From assembly GCA_037447605.1 (NCBI GenBank), contig CM074816.1:1516525-1580524 (forward strand): DNA of 64,000 bases. Direction: 5' to 3'. The first letter of the stretch is position 1. Each line of letters starts with the position of its first letter. The notes beneath the pieces are model-generated. The model was not told the origin of the DNA, ran no database searches, and worked only from the letters and a program-made list of their open reading frames with translations. A program made the translations under genes and the position numbers. This DNA comes from Zygnema circumcarinatum SAG 698-1b (lineage: Eukaryota; Plantae; Zygnematophyceae). Positions 52,101-64,000 of the stretch are shown one piece after another.

Positions 52101-55100
52101 ATTATAAGAGCAGTACCCGTTCCCACCACACGCGCCCTGCGGCTGTCTTGCATTGCAGAAGTTGTTGCAGACATCGTCATCTCTTTGGCTTTGTTCGGTG
52201 CAGTTCGCATCTAAATCAGCAAAACAGTTGTTGTCAAATCCAACGCACGGGTTCCGTGTCTTGCCATTCACAGTAATCGAAAGTTCACCCGAAAAGTAAT
52301 TGTTGTCGAAGCTCAAGGCCACGTCTTCAAGTAGTCCGAAGTCAAACACGATTGGCCCGATGAGAAGATTCTTTGCTAAAGACCTGCAGGAAAATTAACA
52401 TAAACAGTTGCTCAAATCCCAATAGTGTACCCACTTCCTGAAGTCTTATCGCCCGTCTTCAATTCTAGTGATTGTTTTGTAACAGTGAAAGGCCGCAGGT
52501 AATGCTGAATAGAAAAATGCCAAGTGCAATAGTCCTACTTTCTACATTTTCCTTGTAACTCGTCATCCTGGCCTACTAGTTTTCAGCTATCTCGACTTTC
52601 ATTCAGTTCAATGAATTCATTGTTGAGCTAGCTCACAGGCTTCGAATGGATAACAGGCCTCCAAAAGTTGTTGGAATGGTTCCAGTAAATCGATTATTTG
52701 ACAAGCGCCTGCCACATCCGCCGCGGAGAATGTCACAACATAAAAATAAGGATTCGAATTTGGACATTGTAAATTGCATCGAAACTTGGGGGCACCGACA
52801 TCAAGACAAGAAAGTAGCAAGTATTCGAGATTTTCTCATGGTCGTGTAAATGCTCAGAATCCCGTTCCAGCCGTGGATTAGATTATTGCGATAATGACAC
52901 AGCTTCAAACCAAATGACTCACAGTTCTTTGAGACCCCTCAGTGTGCCGATCGAAGCAGGAATTGGGCCGCTCAGCTGATTGCTTCCGAAGTTTCTGTGG
53001 ACCCAGCATGTGCTATTAAGGAGTAAAAAATACGAACAATCAATCACCTGAGGTTTCAAAAGTGGTGCACCCCATATGTTTAGAAAACGTGATTAAATGC
53101 TTCATGAATCAACTTCTATTTTTCGAAAATTGATTGATTCCAGAACCTCTCAAGTCATTCTCAGACCTCTCCCATTAGGGTCACCAGTTTTCCGTTCATT
53201 CCATCATAGGACCGATGAACGAGTTTGCTTGGTCGTTTTCAATTGCGATCAGTTGTGCTGAGATTATTTGCACCCAGTTGTTGTTGCAAAGCTGCTGAAC
53301 TGTCGTTTTATTACATAAAGTAATAACTTAATAGTAGCAAAGTAATTTAGTGAAGGCCAGAAGGACACTCACAGTATCGAAAGAGACTTTAGATTTTCGA
53401 AGGAAGTGGGAATCTCCCCAGAAAGCCGATTTAGTGACAACGATCTGCAAGAAAGCAGCCACAAGTCAACGTCAATCCGATCTGTTTCAGTGGATATGGT
53501 TGATACTCCTTCGTTCAAGCAGTGACTCATATCATATCCGCAGGATTGAAATTCCATTCGATCAATCAGTTGGAGGTTGCAAGCTTTTCTTAACACACAC
53601 AGCAGAAACGTGGGCACTCATCTTGGTCGGGCAGTCAATTCAAAACTTACATCTCCGTAAGGGAGGTGAGGTTGCTGAAGGAAGAGGGAATAACGCCCGT
53701 CAACTCATTATTTGACAAAGTCCTGCCATAGCGAATGTCACCCATACTAAAAACAAATGAATCACAAAGAAAATAATTCTGTCGAAGCAAGCACAGGATA
53801 AAAGCGACGGATTTTGAGAAATGAAAACGAAATAGGCTCAATGGTAGCCAGACGTCCAATTCTTCCTTTGTCGCAAACTATATCACACTTTTTCCATTTC
53901 AAAACAAAGACCAATGGTGAATATCACACACAATTTTTTCAAATTCTGAAGTTGGCCAAGTGTGTTTGGAATGACGCCGCTGAGCTTGTTGTTCGACAAA
54001 TCCCTGCGACATTGCACACAACGTGCATCTGGGCATAAGGTAATGATATTTGCCTAGTTAGAAGGTACAAATATGGAAAAAAAAAATCGTAGAGTACTTT
54101 TCATATGACAGATTTAGGTCACAGAGTCGAAATTTGACTATGTCTTGGGTACCCAGCCCAGATTGAGTGTCACGAAATTCAGTATAGCCCATTTTGCATG
54201 CAATGCATGGAGGCATAGTCCAGGCTATAATTAACATGTCAATGTTAAATCAATCATGTGTCAGTCTTAGGCTCAATCAAAATTAGTCACATCGTTGGCA
54301 GATACGAGCATGAATGGAAGGTGCGACTGCGAATGTAGGCATGCACGGTCAACTTGATCGTCTTGGAAACAAAATTCCTTTAAAATTCTTACAAAATCCA
54401 AGAGAACTGATAAAATCCTACACATAATTTGCTGGTATATTCACATGCCAAACCAGTTTCCGCACCGAACTCGCGACCCATGCCTTTCTTGTGGACATGA
54501 GGAAGTTCGTGTGGCTTGCTCGACGGTACGTCCACAACAAAGATACTTATGAGTGGGCAGCATGCACCCAAGTATACGGTGCTTTCCAAGTACACATTTT
54601 GCAGACATGCACGAAATTATTCGCTTGCCAATGCCAAAGTTGGCAGTCGAAGATCGACAAGGGGAAGTGGTGCTCACAATTCCTCCAAAGCTGCGAGGCT
54701 GCCGATGGAGGGTGAGATCGTGCCGTTCAGCAGACTGACCAGATCACCTCCGGGCAACAAGCTGTCAAAACCGACACACGCACTTCAGTTGCCTGTCTTG
54801 GAAACGTCTGTTTCTCTCAACGATAGTGTCTTCACTTCAGACACAATAGGTGATATTCTTCGTCAGGCATTAGTTCTCAGTTATATTCCTGTGGTTTTCT
54901 CTTCTTGAAAGTGCAGAGCTTTTTCTGTTTGACTCTATTCCCCTCATGACCTCCACACATACTCATTACCAAGGAGAGTCTTGAAATAAGAAGAATTTTC
55001 GTTCTCTGATAAGTCACTACAAGTTTTACAGCAGGGTGTAAACCTTGAATGATTCTGAGTCAATATTTTCTTCTTTTGGATGAAAGTTCGTCTCTTTTAG

Positions 55101-55346
55101 GCGCAGGCAATCCAATTTTGTACTCCATTTTCTTTAAAATAAACAAAATAAACATTGTCTTCATATTTAAAAATCACGTTAGAAGAATGACCAGGTCACA
55201 AGGAAGGATCTCTCACAGTTTGTTGACTCTTTTTGGTGAAGTTGTGGTGCATCCTACACCGTCCCAGTTGCATACAGAGCTCTCTAGCTTCCAGTTACTC
55301 AGGACGTCGTTTGCGATCGCCCTCTTGAACTCCAAAAGAGCAACAA
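47200..55346 (-). CDS. LRRNT / LRR (~7-8) / Cys-rich EGF-like / papain C1A / EGF x2 / LysM x4 coding region, with in-frame TAA at 49738-49736 and no own start exon found
   Basis: 55346-55217 (VALLEFK..LSNW..CNWDGVGC), 54761-54678, 72-nt phase-2 LRR exons at 54003, 53722, 53444, 52994 and 52708 (LSNNKLSGVIP etc.), 52383-52031, 51812-51624, 51320-51094 (KDQGSCSSCWVF), 50826-50689, 50467-50248 (DHSVVVVGY, WIIRNSWG), 49854-49672, 49379-49236, 48902-48769, 48588-48499, 48365-48258, 47852-47655, 47406-47200. Further LRR exons may have been missed. Confidence 0.85.
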
Positions 55347-55707
55347 CTGTACCAATTGGCAGAAGACAGCCATGGAGAGAGTCTTAAAATAGCTTGAAGC
55401 CACACAGTAAGCTCTAGGCATCGAAAGTGCAGGCTCAAGCAGCAGTTCTGAACGAGACCGATGACTGACTGAACTCTATTCCCTCTTGGCATTGAACACT
55501 GCATTTTGTATGGTGGATTTGATGTCCTAATGATGCTCCTAGCGCTCAGCCAGCAAACCTTTCTCACATAATGATCAACAGAGGTGGGGAGGACTGGTTT
55601 TCCTCAAAGGTAGTAGTTTTTCGATGATGACTAATGTTTGTGCAACCCAAAAAACGACAGAGATTAAAAAACAAAGGAAAACAACAATCTTTACAACTTT
55701 CCATTAC

Positions 55708-58700
55708 CGTCCGTAGAAAGTGGCGGCGGCGGCGGCCTTGGGGGAGGTCGAGGTGGCGGTGATCGCGGAGGAGGCGGAGATAGAGGCGGCCTTAGAGAAG
55801 GCGGAGGTGGCGGGGGTGATGGCTCTAAAGAAGGGGAGGTTACTGCAATCGTGAAAGCACAAGAATTCAATGAGTGAACGAAAACACTTGAATAAGTATC
55901 AATGTGGGATAATAAGGTAGTTTTCATAAATACCATTGTTGTTGAGGGGAGGTAGTGGTAGGGACGATGGTAAACGAAAAAGAAAACAAATGTCTGACTG
56001 AACATTTTCTTATTTTGGAGTACAGATCCTCATCTTGTAAACATTACTATGAGAAGTCCCTTTTTTCTTTGGATGTGCAAGAAGTGCTCTCACTTACTTC
56101 ACACAGAGTGCAGCTTTCTTGATCATGGTAAAACATAGGGTTCACTTTCCAAAACTTGCGATGGCAAAGCCATCGAACTAGGCAACAACGAGAGAGGAGA
56201 AAGAGAGAGCGCCGAAGAGAGAGAGATCAAGAAGAAAGTGATGCAGAGAGGGAGCCACGGAAGCAGTGTGCCGACAATGTGTTCTTGAGGTATACCTGGC
56301 GATGGAGGCGATGGCGGCGGTGGAGGAGATGGCGGCGGTGGAGGAGATGGCGGCGGTGGAGGAGATGGCGGCGGTGGAGGAGATGGCGGCGGTGGAGGAG
56401 ATGGCGGCGGTGGAGGAGATGGCGGCGGTGGAGGCGATGACGGCGGTGGAGGCGATGGCGGCGGTGGAGGCGATGGCGGCGGTGGAGGAGATGGCGGCGG
56501 TGGAGGAGATGGCGGCGGTGGAGGAGATGGCGGCGGTGGAGGCGATGGCGGCGGTGGAGGCGATGGCGGCGGTGGAGGCGATGGCGGCGGTGGAGGAGAT
56601 GGCGGCGGTGGAGGAGATGGCGGCGGTGGAGGCGATGGCGGCGGTGGAGGCGAAGGAGGCAATGGAGGGGGCGGAGATGGTGGACCTGCACCATGAAGGC
56701 ACATCGAAACTTGTCACAATAAATCATTCTAAAGAAATGGCAATTTCCATTGCAAAAAATTGAAATCCATGTGAGGATAGAACCATAATGTCCATCGAAG
56801 TATGGACAGGGTGCTCTCCGACACGCGTTTACTTGGCATGTGTCACTAAGCCGAGCGGCTACGAGACAGTTTTGTGTTTTAGTGACAAAACACTGTATGG
56901 CCATTGTGGCCTCATATTACAGTTGTACTATGGACGCCACAGGTGTGCTCCCACAATCTTGAAACAGAAAAAAAGAGTATGTACATAAATATAACTCACC
57001 GATTTTAATGTCGCCAGAAATCCTGAAGCACCACTTTCCAGAAGTGTTCACATTTGAATCGTTAGTCAAATTCGACAGTTGTTTATAGTTGTCAAACAGA
57101 TTCAGATAGTTGTTTCCATCGGCATATCCCGCTTCCCTATCATTGGGAATGCCCACTACTCCCTCCATTTCACACAAATGTCCCGGCTGCAGTGGCTTAA
57201 AGGGTTGAGAAGTGCCCCAATGAAGACATACTTTATACGACAACAATTTGAATTCACACTTTTAGGGTAAGTTCTGCTGAGCTCTAAAAAATTTAATATC
57301 TCACATGCAAAAAACAAAGAAAACGGAACGTTGAAGATATTAAGTAGATGGCGGCATCAATATCCAAAGGTGAGACCGCTCACCCCATTGCAATTTCCCC
57401 ATAGGATAAAGAAAACAAGTGTAAGTCAGCGGTAATAGGGAATCCCACGCGAGCCACACCTGAAATGTGTTTAACTTATTGGTTGTGCTCCTGCGAAGTG
57501 AGCACATACATAGGGATGAGGCATTTGCAACTGACATTTTCATAATTGATGCTCGATAACCTGTGGGTGACATTACTATCCCTTACTGTAAGCTCAGAGA
57601 AATCGATATCTCATAGACAAGCGCAGACGAGTGAAAATATCTGAGTCTCGAATTTAGACTGCTTGTCAAGTCATCACAATGTATGCCGTTATGGTTTACC
57701 GTTAAGCGAGGACACCAATGTTGACTCATATATTCACATCAGTGACATGATCTAGTGGAACATAGACCCAACGAAAACTGTACGAGAACAGTTTCAACTT
57801 ACTGGCTCTGTGGCACTCCGATGTAGGACACCACTAACCCTCCATCCGGTTTGAAAAGTTTGGCGTCTGCATCTGCGGGATATACGTTTTTCACATCTTG
57901 CTTGAGAAGTGCGAGGTCTGTCGGGTTATTCGATGCGTTCAGCATTCGGTAGTATACGTATCCTTTGAGTGTTGTGTCTGAAAGGAAAAGACGAAGGAAA
58001 GTGAAATGGTGAGAGTGAAAATGGGACGAAAAGAGGAATGGCCAAGACACAGGATATAAGACGAAAGTAAACCATGGTTCACTGTAGGCGTTTTCGACAT
58101 TGTTGAGAGTTTGGTGACATCAGTCTGGATAACTTATGCTATGAGTAAAGAACTAAGTCAAAAGGGAGGCAGGGAGGGAGGGAGAGAGAGAGGGGGCGGC
58201 TCCACCCCTTCCTCTTTGCTTCTTGGAAGGAGGGAGGGAGGGAGGGGGAGGGAGGGGGGGAAGGAACGTAGATGGAGGGGGGGGGCTCCATGCAGTAGAT
58301 AAGCTGTGCTTGGTCACGGCAACCATACATATGCAGACCCGGGATGAAGCTTGTTTGGTTTCTTTGTTCGTGTGTAACCTAAAAAGGTGAATTCATTGAG
58401 CACGAGAATTCGGCATTCGCTCGCCCGCCTGAAATGACAGCTAAAGGCAGGCAACCCTTGTGGCTGAAGACCAGAGCGAACTCCCCAGCCAATGCGAAGC
58501 CAGATTCCATCTGTGGGTGCCCTGTTTGAAGGCGGCAGGAAAAGCGGGCTCTCTCCCTCCCTCCCACCCTCCCTCATTCCCTCCCTCCCTTCCTCCCTGC
58601 CTGCTTGCTTGCATCCCTCCCAACTCCCTGCCTCCCTACATCCCCCCCTGCCTCCTCCCTCCCTGGCTGCCTCTCTGCCTCCCTGCCTCCCTGACTCCCT

Positions 58701-59366
58701 CCCTGCCTCCTTCCTCCCTGCCGGTTTCCCTGCTTCCCCGACCTCCTCCTTCCCTGCCTCCCTCCCTCCCTCCCTCCCACCCCCCCTCCTTCTCATATGG
58801 ATTGTAAATGCGATCAGCTACTCTCAATCTAATTCGGTGATCGCAAGGAATAGAGCCGTAACGCGCTCACCCACATCGTCACCGAACGGAGCGACATACA
58901 CGCCCGACCTGTCAGAGGAAGACGAGGGAGGGTACAAGGGAAAAGAGAGAGAGTTAGAGAGAGGGCTGAAACGGGTAGACCTTTTAGAAGTGTGGTTGCA
59001 GCGGAGTGAGGTCATTGCTGCGAAAAAATAGAGAGAGGGAGAGTAGGGAGAGGAGAAGAAGAGAGAGAGCATGCACCCGGCACCGGGAAAAATTATTTTT
59101 CCATTGTTGTCAATTTTCAGGGAAGTGATTGTGTGACTGAAGAAGGACATGGGCACGGGCATCGTCATGAGAGCACTCGTGCAATCGTCGCAGCGCTTTA
59201 ACTTTGCATCGCCATTTTGAGGACCGTACGGAACCAAGTCCGCATCTGAGAGGGAGGCCGCAGGCAGCGGAAGAGAGAGACACGCGAGAGCCAGCAATGG
59301 CGGGAGAAGGAAGGGAAGGGACTCGGGCATCTCTCTCGCTCTCCTCCGTGACGCGACGCCAGCCAT
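55708..59366 (-). CDS. Duplicated RLK ectodomain: signal peptide / NIDO-like / extensin-like (SPPPPP)n; exons 59366-59077, 58908-58871, 57977-57803, 57490-57384, 57155-57000, 56685-56296, 55842-55708; no TM or kinase
   Basis: Exon-by-exon paralog of 44236-40887 with matching exon lengths for the first four exons and an intact frame. It ends at a phase-1 donor, or by read-through at TAA 55691. Confidence 0.85.
56300..56650 (-). repeat. Coding 18-bp tandem repeat (~19 x Ser-Pro5)
   Basis: GATGGCGGCGGTGGAGG(A/C) units on the + strand. Confidence 0.95.
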
Positions 59367-60129
59367 GGAGGACTCTCCGGAGCTCCCGGACTCGTCGGAC
59401 GCAGCTGTCAGCCGCGACCTCCAAAAACCTTAAAACCCCCAAACCTGTAAAGTCAACGAAAGGGGCGATCTGACCGTCAGCCGGCGGGGGCGGTGGCAGT
59501 TAAAACCGTTGCCACTGTACGGCATTGTGGCTCCGTTCTATGCTCCCAGTACCGTGGTCCAGTGAAAGTGACGTCATGGAGACGGGACGTGAGCGTGGCC
59601 GTACGGACAGGTCATCGCGCAACGACAGCATGGAAGGGTTGCGGGATGTGACGTGGCATGACACGATTTTGACAGTTGACCTATTGGTTTGTACATTTTC
59701 TTTAATCGACCCGATTTGTTGGTATACGGTATCCCCCCTATTAATATTTTCCACCCTAGTACTTGAATTAAGCAAGAAATTCGCCCTGATTTTGAGGAAA
59801 CCACTATTTGTACGGAAAGTCTGTGTTGTTAACCTTACCTGTCCTATTTTTCAATACAAAATCTGTTAATCGAAACGGGTTTCGAGCATGGGTCACGCTA
59901 TGCCGCTGTACGGTAATTACAGAAAGTATCTCCAACCCGTACGGTATATATTTGGCACCAATAGGAGTTCGTGTAGTTAAATGTACGGCACCAATAGGAG
60001 CCCGCCAGGAGGCCATGGGCCTCTGTACAGTACAGAGAGACACGGACTACCTTATATTTTCAAATTCCAAGATTTTCGCCCAATATTTGCCGAAACCATG
60101 GCGAAAATATTAGGGGAGGTTAAGGTAGT

Positions 60130-60400
60130 TTCTTCCAATTCACTCGAGTTTCTTCAATCGACCCGATTTGGTTCGTACAGTTTCTTTCAATTCACCCGAT
60201 TGGTTCGTATAGTTTCTTCTGATTCATCCGATTGTTCGTACACTTTCTTCAATCGACTCGGTTGGTTCGTTCAGTTTCTTCCAATTCACCCGATTGGTTA
60301 CAGTTTCTTGCAATTCACTCGATTGGTTTTTACAGTTTTTTCATTCGACCCGATTGGTTGGTACAGTTTCTTCCAATGCACCCAATTAGTTCGTACTGAT
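60130..60400. repeat. Degenerate ~30-bp tandem repeat (~9 copies)
   Basis: Consensus approximately CAGTTTCTTCCAATTCACCCGATTGGTTCGTA. Confidence 0.85.
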
Positions 60401-61469
60401 TTCTATGCTGTACGATGTTTTTGTTACGTTCCGTTCAACGGCGGCTGTGCATGCAGCGGAGTTGACTCTCTCTGTTAACTGATGATGAGGCTTCAATGTA
60501 GAATGATGTTTGATTGAACTCACGATGGCAAGGCCATCAAATGTACATGGATAAAATCGACATAGGGAACCAAAAGAAGCGGTCACAATGGACATAAGGA
60601 CAAAGAGAAAGCCTCGAAACGGAAACCAACTTCTAGGCTCAACAACACGGCACTAGAAGCAGCCACGCAGGTCGCCAATGTGGGGCGCAGTACGCGCAGA
60701 ACCTTTAATGCCAAAATTGCCTCTGACCTTCGATGCCATGAGCCAATCGAAACTGGCCACGTCAACGTCGATCTCGCTCGTTGCGGCTTGTTTTCATGAC
60801 AGGCGAAAGAAGAGAAGGGAGGATGTGGCATTGGTCTCACGTTGGCGATGATGCATCATGCCATCACAAATGCCCCATGATGATGTTGTTCATGTTTTGT
60901 TTATACATGAACAACATCATCATGGGGAACCATGAGGAACAATAGGACCAAAAGGCAAAAGTGCTCTCGATGGAGGCAGCGAAGCAGAAGTGGGGGAGGG
61001 AGCAACTTCTGATAGTTAGTAAAAATAAAACTGAAGTTGAAGAAATTTTATCTTTAATTCTGACAACTAATCCTAATAACTATATCTTTTCGTACAATCA
61101 AAATTCAGAATTTAGGCAACAATAGCTCTGGGAGATGATGCTCTCCGACATGGGACAAGACCACGACACGTGGCAGAAATGGTTGAGGATCGTAATGTTT
61201 GTCCTTTAGGGACGGGATCGGATACGCACATGGAAAATCTCGAGAATGATGAACATACTGTATATATTTTGTCGTTTATAGGTAGGTGTACTACTTGACT
61301 TTCAAACCGGGCACTACCTGACGGCCACAGTCCGCCTATCCGGCGGCAGGCACCGACATTTTGGGAACGCCGAATCTTCAGGATTTCCTAGAACGACAAA
61401 GGATAAGATACGGTCAACCAACGTAAAGATCCACTAGTGCACGTGGCGGTCAATAATGCAATCAAAATA

Positions 61470-63748
61470 GGAGAACTATATACCCCCCCCCCTTTTTGGT
61501 TATCCCGCCACTGTTTTTTTGAAATCCGACCCTCCCATTTCGGCTATTCTGCCCCCTGTTTTGAAATATCCGGCCCCCCCCATTTTGGATATTCCCCCCC
61601 CCCCCCGTTTTCTCCTTTCACACATCAGCGCAACGTTCGAGAGAGAGAGCAACGGAGAAAGAGAGTGAGCAGAGGAGTGAGAGCAAAGGAGAGAGAGACT
61701 AGAGTAGAGAGCACAAGAGAGAGCAAAGGAGAGAGAGATAATGAGCAGAGGAGAGAGAGTAGAGGAGAGAAAGACTAGAGTAGAGAGAGCAAAGGGGAGA
61801 GAAACTAGAGGAGAGAGCAAAGGAGAGAGAGATAATGAGCAGAGGAGAGAGAGTAGAGGAGAGAAAGACTAGAGGAGAGAGAGCAGAGGAGAGAGACTAC
61901 AGGAGAGAGCAAAGGAGAGAGAAGAGAGAGAGAGAGCAAAGGAGCGAGAGCCGAGGAGAGAGAGTATAGAGGAGAGAGAAAGAGCAAAGGAGTGAGAGTA
62001 GAGGAGAGAGAGACTAGAGGAAAGAGCAAAGGAGAGAGAGAATGAGCAGAGGAGAAAGCAAAGGAGAGAGAGAGAGTGAGTAGAGGAGTGAGAGCAAAGG
62101 AGAGAGAGACTAGAGGAGAGAGCACAGGAGAGAGCAAAGGAGAGAGAGAGAATGAGCAGAGGAGAGAGAGTAGAGGAGAGAAAGACTAGAGGAGAGAGAG
62201 CAGAGGAGAGAGAGAGAGAGAAAGAGAGAGAGAGAAGAGAGAGCGAGCAAGCAAGCCAACCATTACATCATGACAGAGCTTCACACCCACCAAAAGAAAA
62301 AGGGATAAAAAGAGAATAAATTTTTTTGTGCCATCTCCCGAACACATTCCTTCTCGTGAATGTCTAAGCGCCTTTTCTCAGCATACCCAGTGGAAATGAC
62401 GTGGTTGTGCTCTTCAACGACAGATTTTACAGCCCACATGTCCTTCTTCTTGGAAAACGTCGCCCTAATCTCGAAAGGGCAATTTTTCAAGCGGCTGGAA
62501 GTATTCCTCTTCTTACTACTCTCTTCCAGACCTCTGTCCTCGTAGGTCCCCCCGCTAAAGCATTGCAGGTAGAGTCGGCGGCTATCGCTATGCTTGCCGA
62601 TCTTGATGTGAAATCCTTCCTTCTTGTAGTGCTTGGTCAAGACTTGTACAAGCTCATCGCGAGTCTTATACTCAGTCATTTGTGTGGAGATTGCAAACCG
62701 AGAGGAAGAAGGGAAGGGAGAGGTGGGCAGGGGAGGGGAGGGGTGGGCAGGGGAGGGAGGGAGGGAGGAGCAGGGAGGAGGGAGGGAGGGTGGAGGCAGG
62801 GGAGGGAGGGAGGGGTGGAGCAGGGGAGGGAGGGAGGGAGGGAGCAGGGGAGGAGGGAGGGAGGGGGGGAGGGGAGGGAGGGAGGTGGGCAGGGGAGGGG
62901 AGGGAGGGAGGGGTGGGCAGGGGAGGGAGGAGGGAGGGAGGGCAGGGGAGGGGAGGGGAGGGTGGAGCAGGGGAGGGAGGGAGGGAGGGAGGGAGGAGGA
63001 GGGAGGGAGGGAGAGGGAGGGAGGAGGGAGGGAGGGAGGGAGGGAGGGAGGGAGGGAGGGAGGGAGGAGGAGGGAGGGAGGAGGGAGGAGGGAGGGAGGG
63101 AGGGAGGGAGGGAGGGGAGGGGAGGGAGGGGCGGGGTGGGCAGGGGAGGGGGGGAGGGAAGGGGAGGGGAGGGGAGGGTGCGCAGGGGAGGGAGGGAGGG
63201 GTGGGCAGGGGAGGGAGGGAGGGGTGCGCAGGGGAGGGGAGGGGAGGGGTGGGCAGGGGAGGGAGGGAGGGAGGGAGGGAGGGGAGGGAGGGAGGGGCGG
63301 GGTGGGCAGGGGAGGGGGGGCGAGAGGGGTGCGCAGGGGAGGGGAGGGGAGGGGTGGGCAGGAGGGGAGGGAGGGGTGCGCAGGGGAGGGGAGGGAGGGG
63401 TGGCAGGGGAGGGGAGGGGAGGGGAGGGGAGGGGAGGGGAGGGGAGGGAGGGGCGGGGTGGGCAGGGGAGGGGAGGGAGGGGAGGGGAGGGAGGGGTGGG
63501 CAGGGGAGGGGAGGGGAGGAGGGAGGAGGGAGGGAGGAGGAGGGGAGGGGAGGAGGAGGGAGGGAGGGCGGAGGAGGGGAGGGTAGAGGACGGGAGGGGC
63601 GGGAAAGAAATATTCAAAACAGGGGGGCGATCTCCTCCCGAAATATCCAAAATGGGGGAGGGGGGCAGAATAGCCGAAATGCGAGGGTCGGATTTCAAAA
63701 AAACAGTGGCGGGATAACCAAGAAAAGGGGGGCGGTATATAGTTCTCC
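61470..63748. mobile_element. Mutator-like element, copy 2 (same family as 26359-27519), carrying a transposase fragment
   Basis: Same TIRs GGAGAACTATATAC.../...GTATATAGTTCTCC. 8-bp TSD TCAAAATA at 61462-61469 and 63749-63756. Shared internal core GCAAGCAAGCCAACCATTACATCATGACAGAGC. Confidence 0.92.
62281..62679 (-). CDS. FAR1-type (MULE transposase N-terminal) zinc-finger DNA-binding domain fragment, 132 aa
   Basis: [27 protein letters not shown] gives the C..C..HNH pattern of FAR1/WRKY-GCM1 domains. It lies inside the MULE TIRs and no DDE domain is present. Confidence 0.8.
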   Translation of the reverse strand: MTEYKTRDELVQVLTKHYKKEGFHIKIGKHSDSRRLYLQCFSGGTYEDRGLEESSKKRNTSSRLKNCPFEIRATFSKKKDMWAVKSVVEEHNHVISTGYAEKRRLDIHEKECVREMAQKNLFSFYPFFFWWV

Positions 63749-64000
63749 TCAAAATATTACAAATTTATTGATTTGCAGCCTCTAAGCCAATTAAGATCTC
63801 TTGTAACCACGTGGCGGTCAACAATTCGTCAGAAAGAATCCACACGATTCTAAAGCAATCCTAAAAGTATTGGAAAATCTCGAGATTCTACAGATTGAGT
63901 TGATCCTCTTACCTCCGTACCGTAACAGCTTCTGAACTAACATTAACCCTGGCGGGACCGGCGGGTTGATCCTGGCACCTGGACCTCACCCGCCGTCCGT

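Noticed and set aside
62401-63785. 300-440-aa Gly/Arg/Glu- or Pro-rich ORFs
   Set aside because: Translations of the G-rich interior of the MULE.

Overview
Eukaryotic, intron-rich genomic DNA of plant or green-algal type. A streptophyte alga is my inference from the telomere-like TTTAGGG intron tracts, GA/CT microsatellites and gene content. I spliced the gene models by hand from GT-AG junctions and reading-frame phases; domain names come from motif recognition, not database searches. Ordinary genes: a plastid-targeted DUF4864-like protein, ASF1, an intronless F-box/LRR gene, a myosin-TH1-domain protein and an SSUH2-like zinc-finger gene (one frameshift, plus a truncated second copy). The unusual part is a cluster of modular extracellular proteins. 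(1) A ~980-aa ricin-B x2 / papain (C1A) / EGF x2 / LysM x4 protein at 13.4-24.6 kb. (2) A ~716-aa receptor-like kinase with a NIDO-like (nidogen/tectorin-type) ectodomain at 37.0-44.2 kb. (3) A second papain-EGF-LysM cassette headed by LRRs at 47.2-55.3 kb. Directly upstream of (3) is a duplicated copy of the kinase ectodomain (NIDO plus an expanded SPPPPP stalk, 55.7-59.4 kb) that can splice in phase into the LRR exon, which would give a ~1350-codon chimera. Mobile DNA includes two Mutator-like elements with TIRs and TSDs (one carrying a FAR1-type zinc-finger ORF), a ~790-bp foldback element and a dispersed short repeat family.
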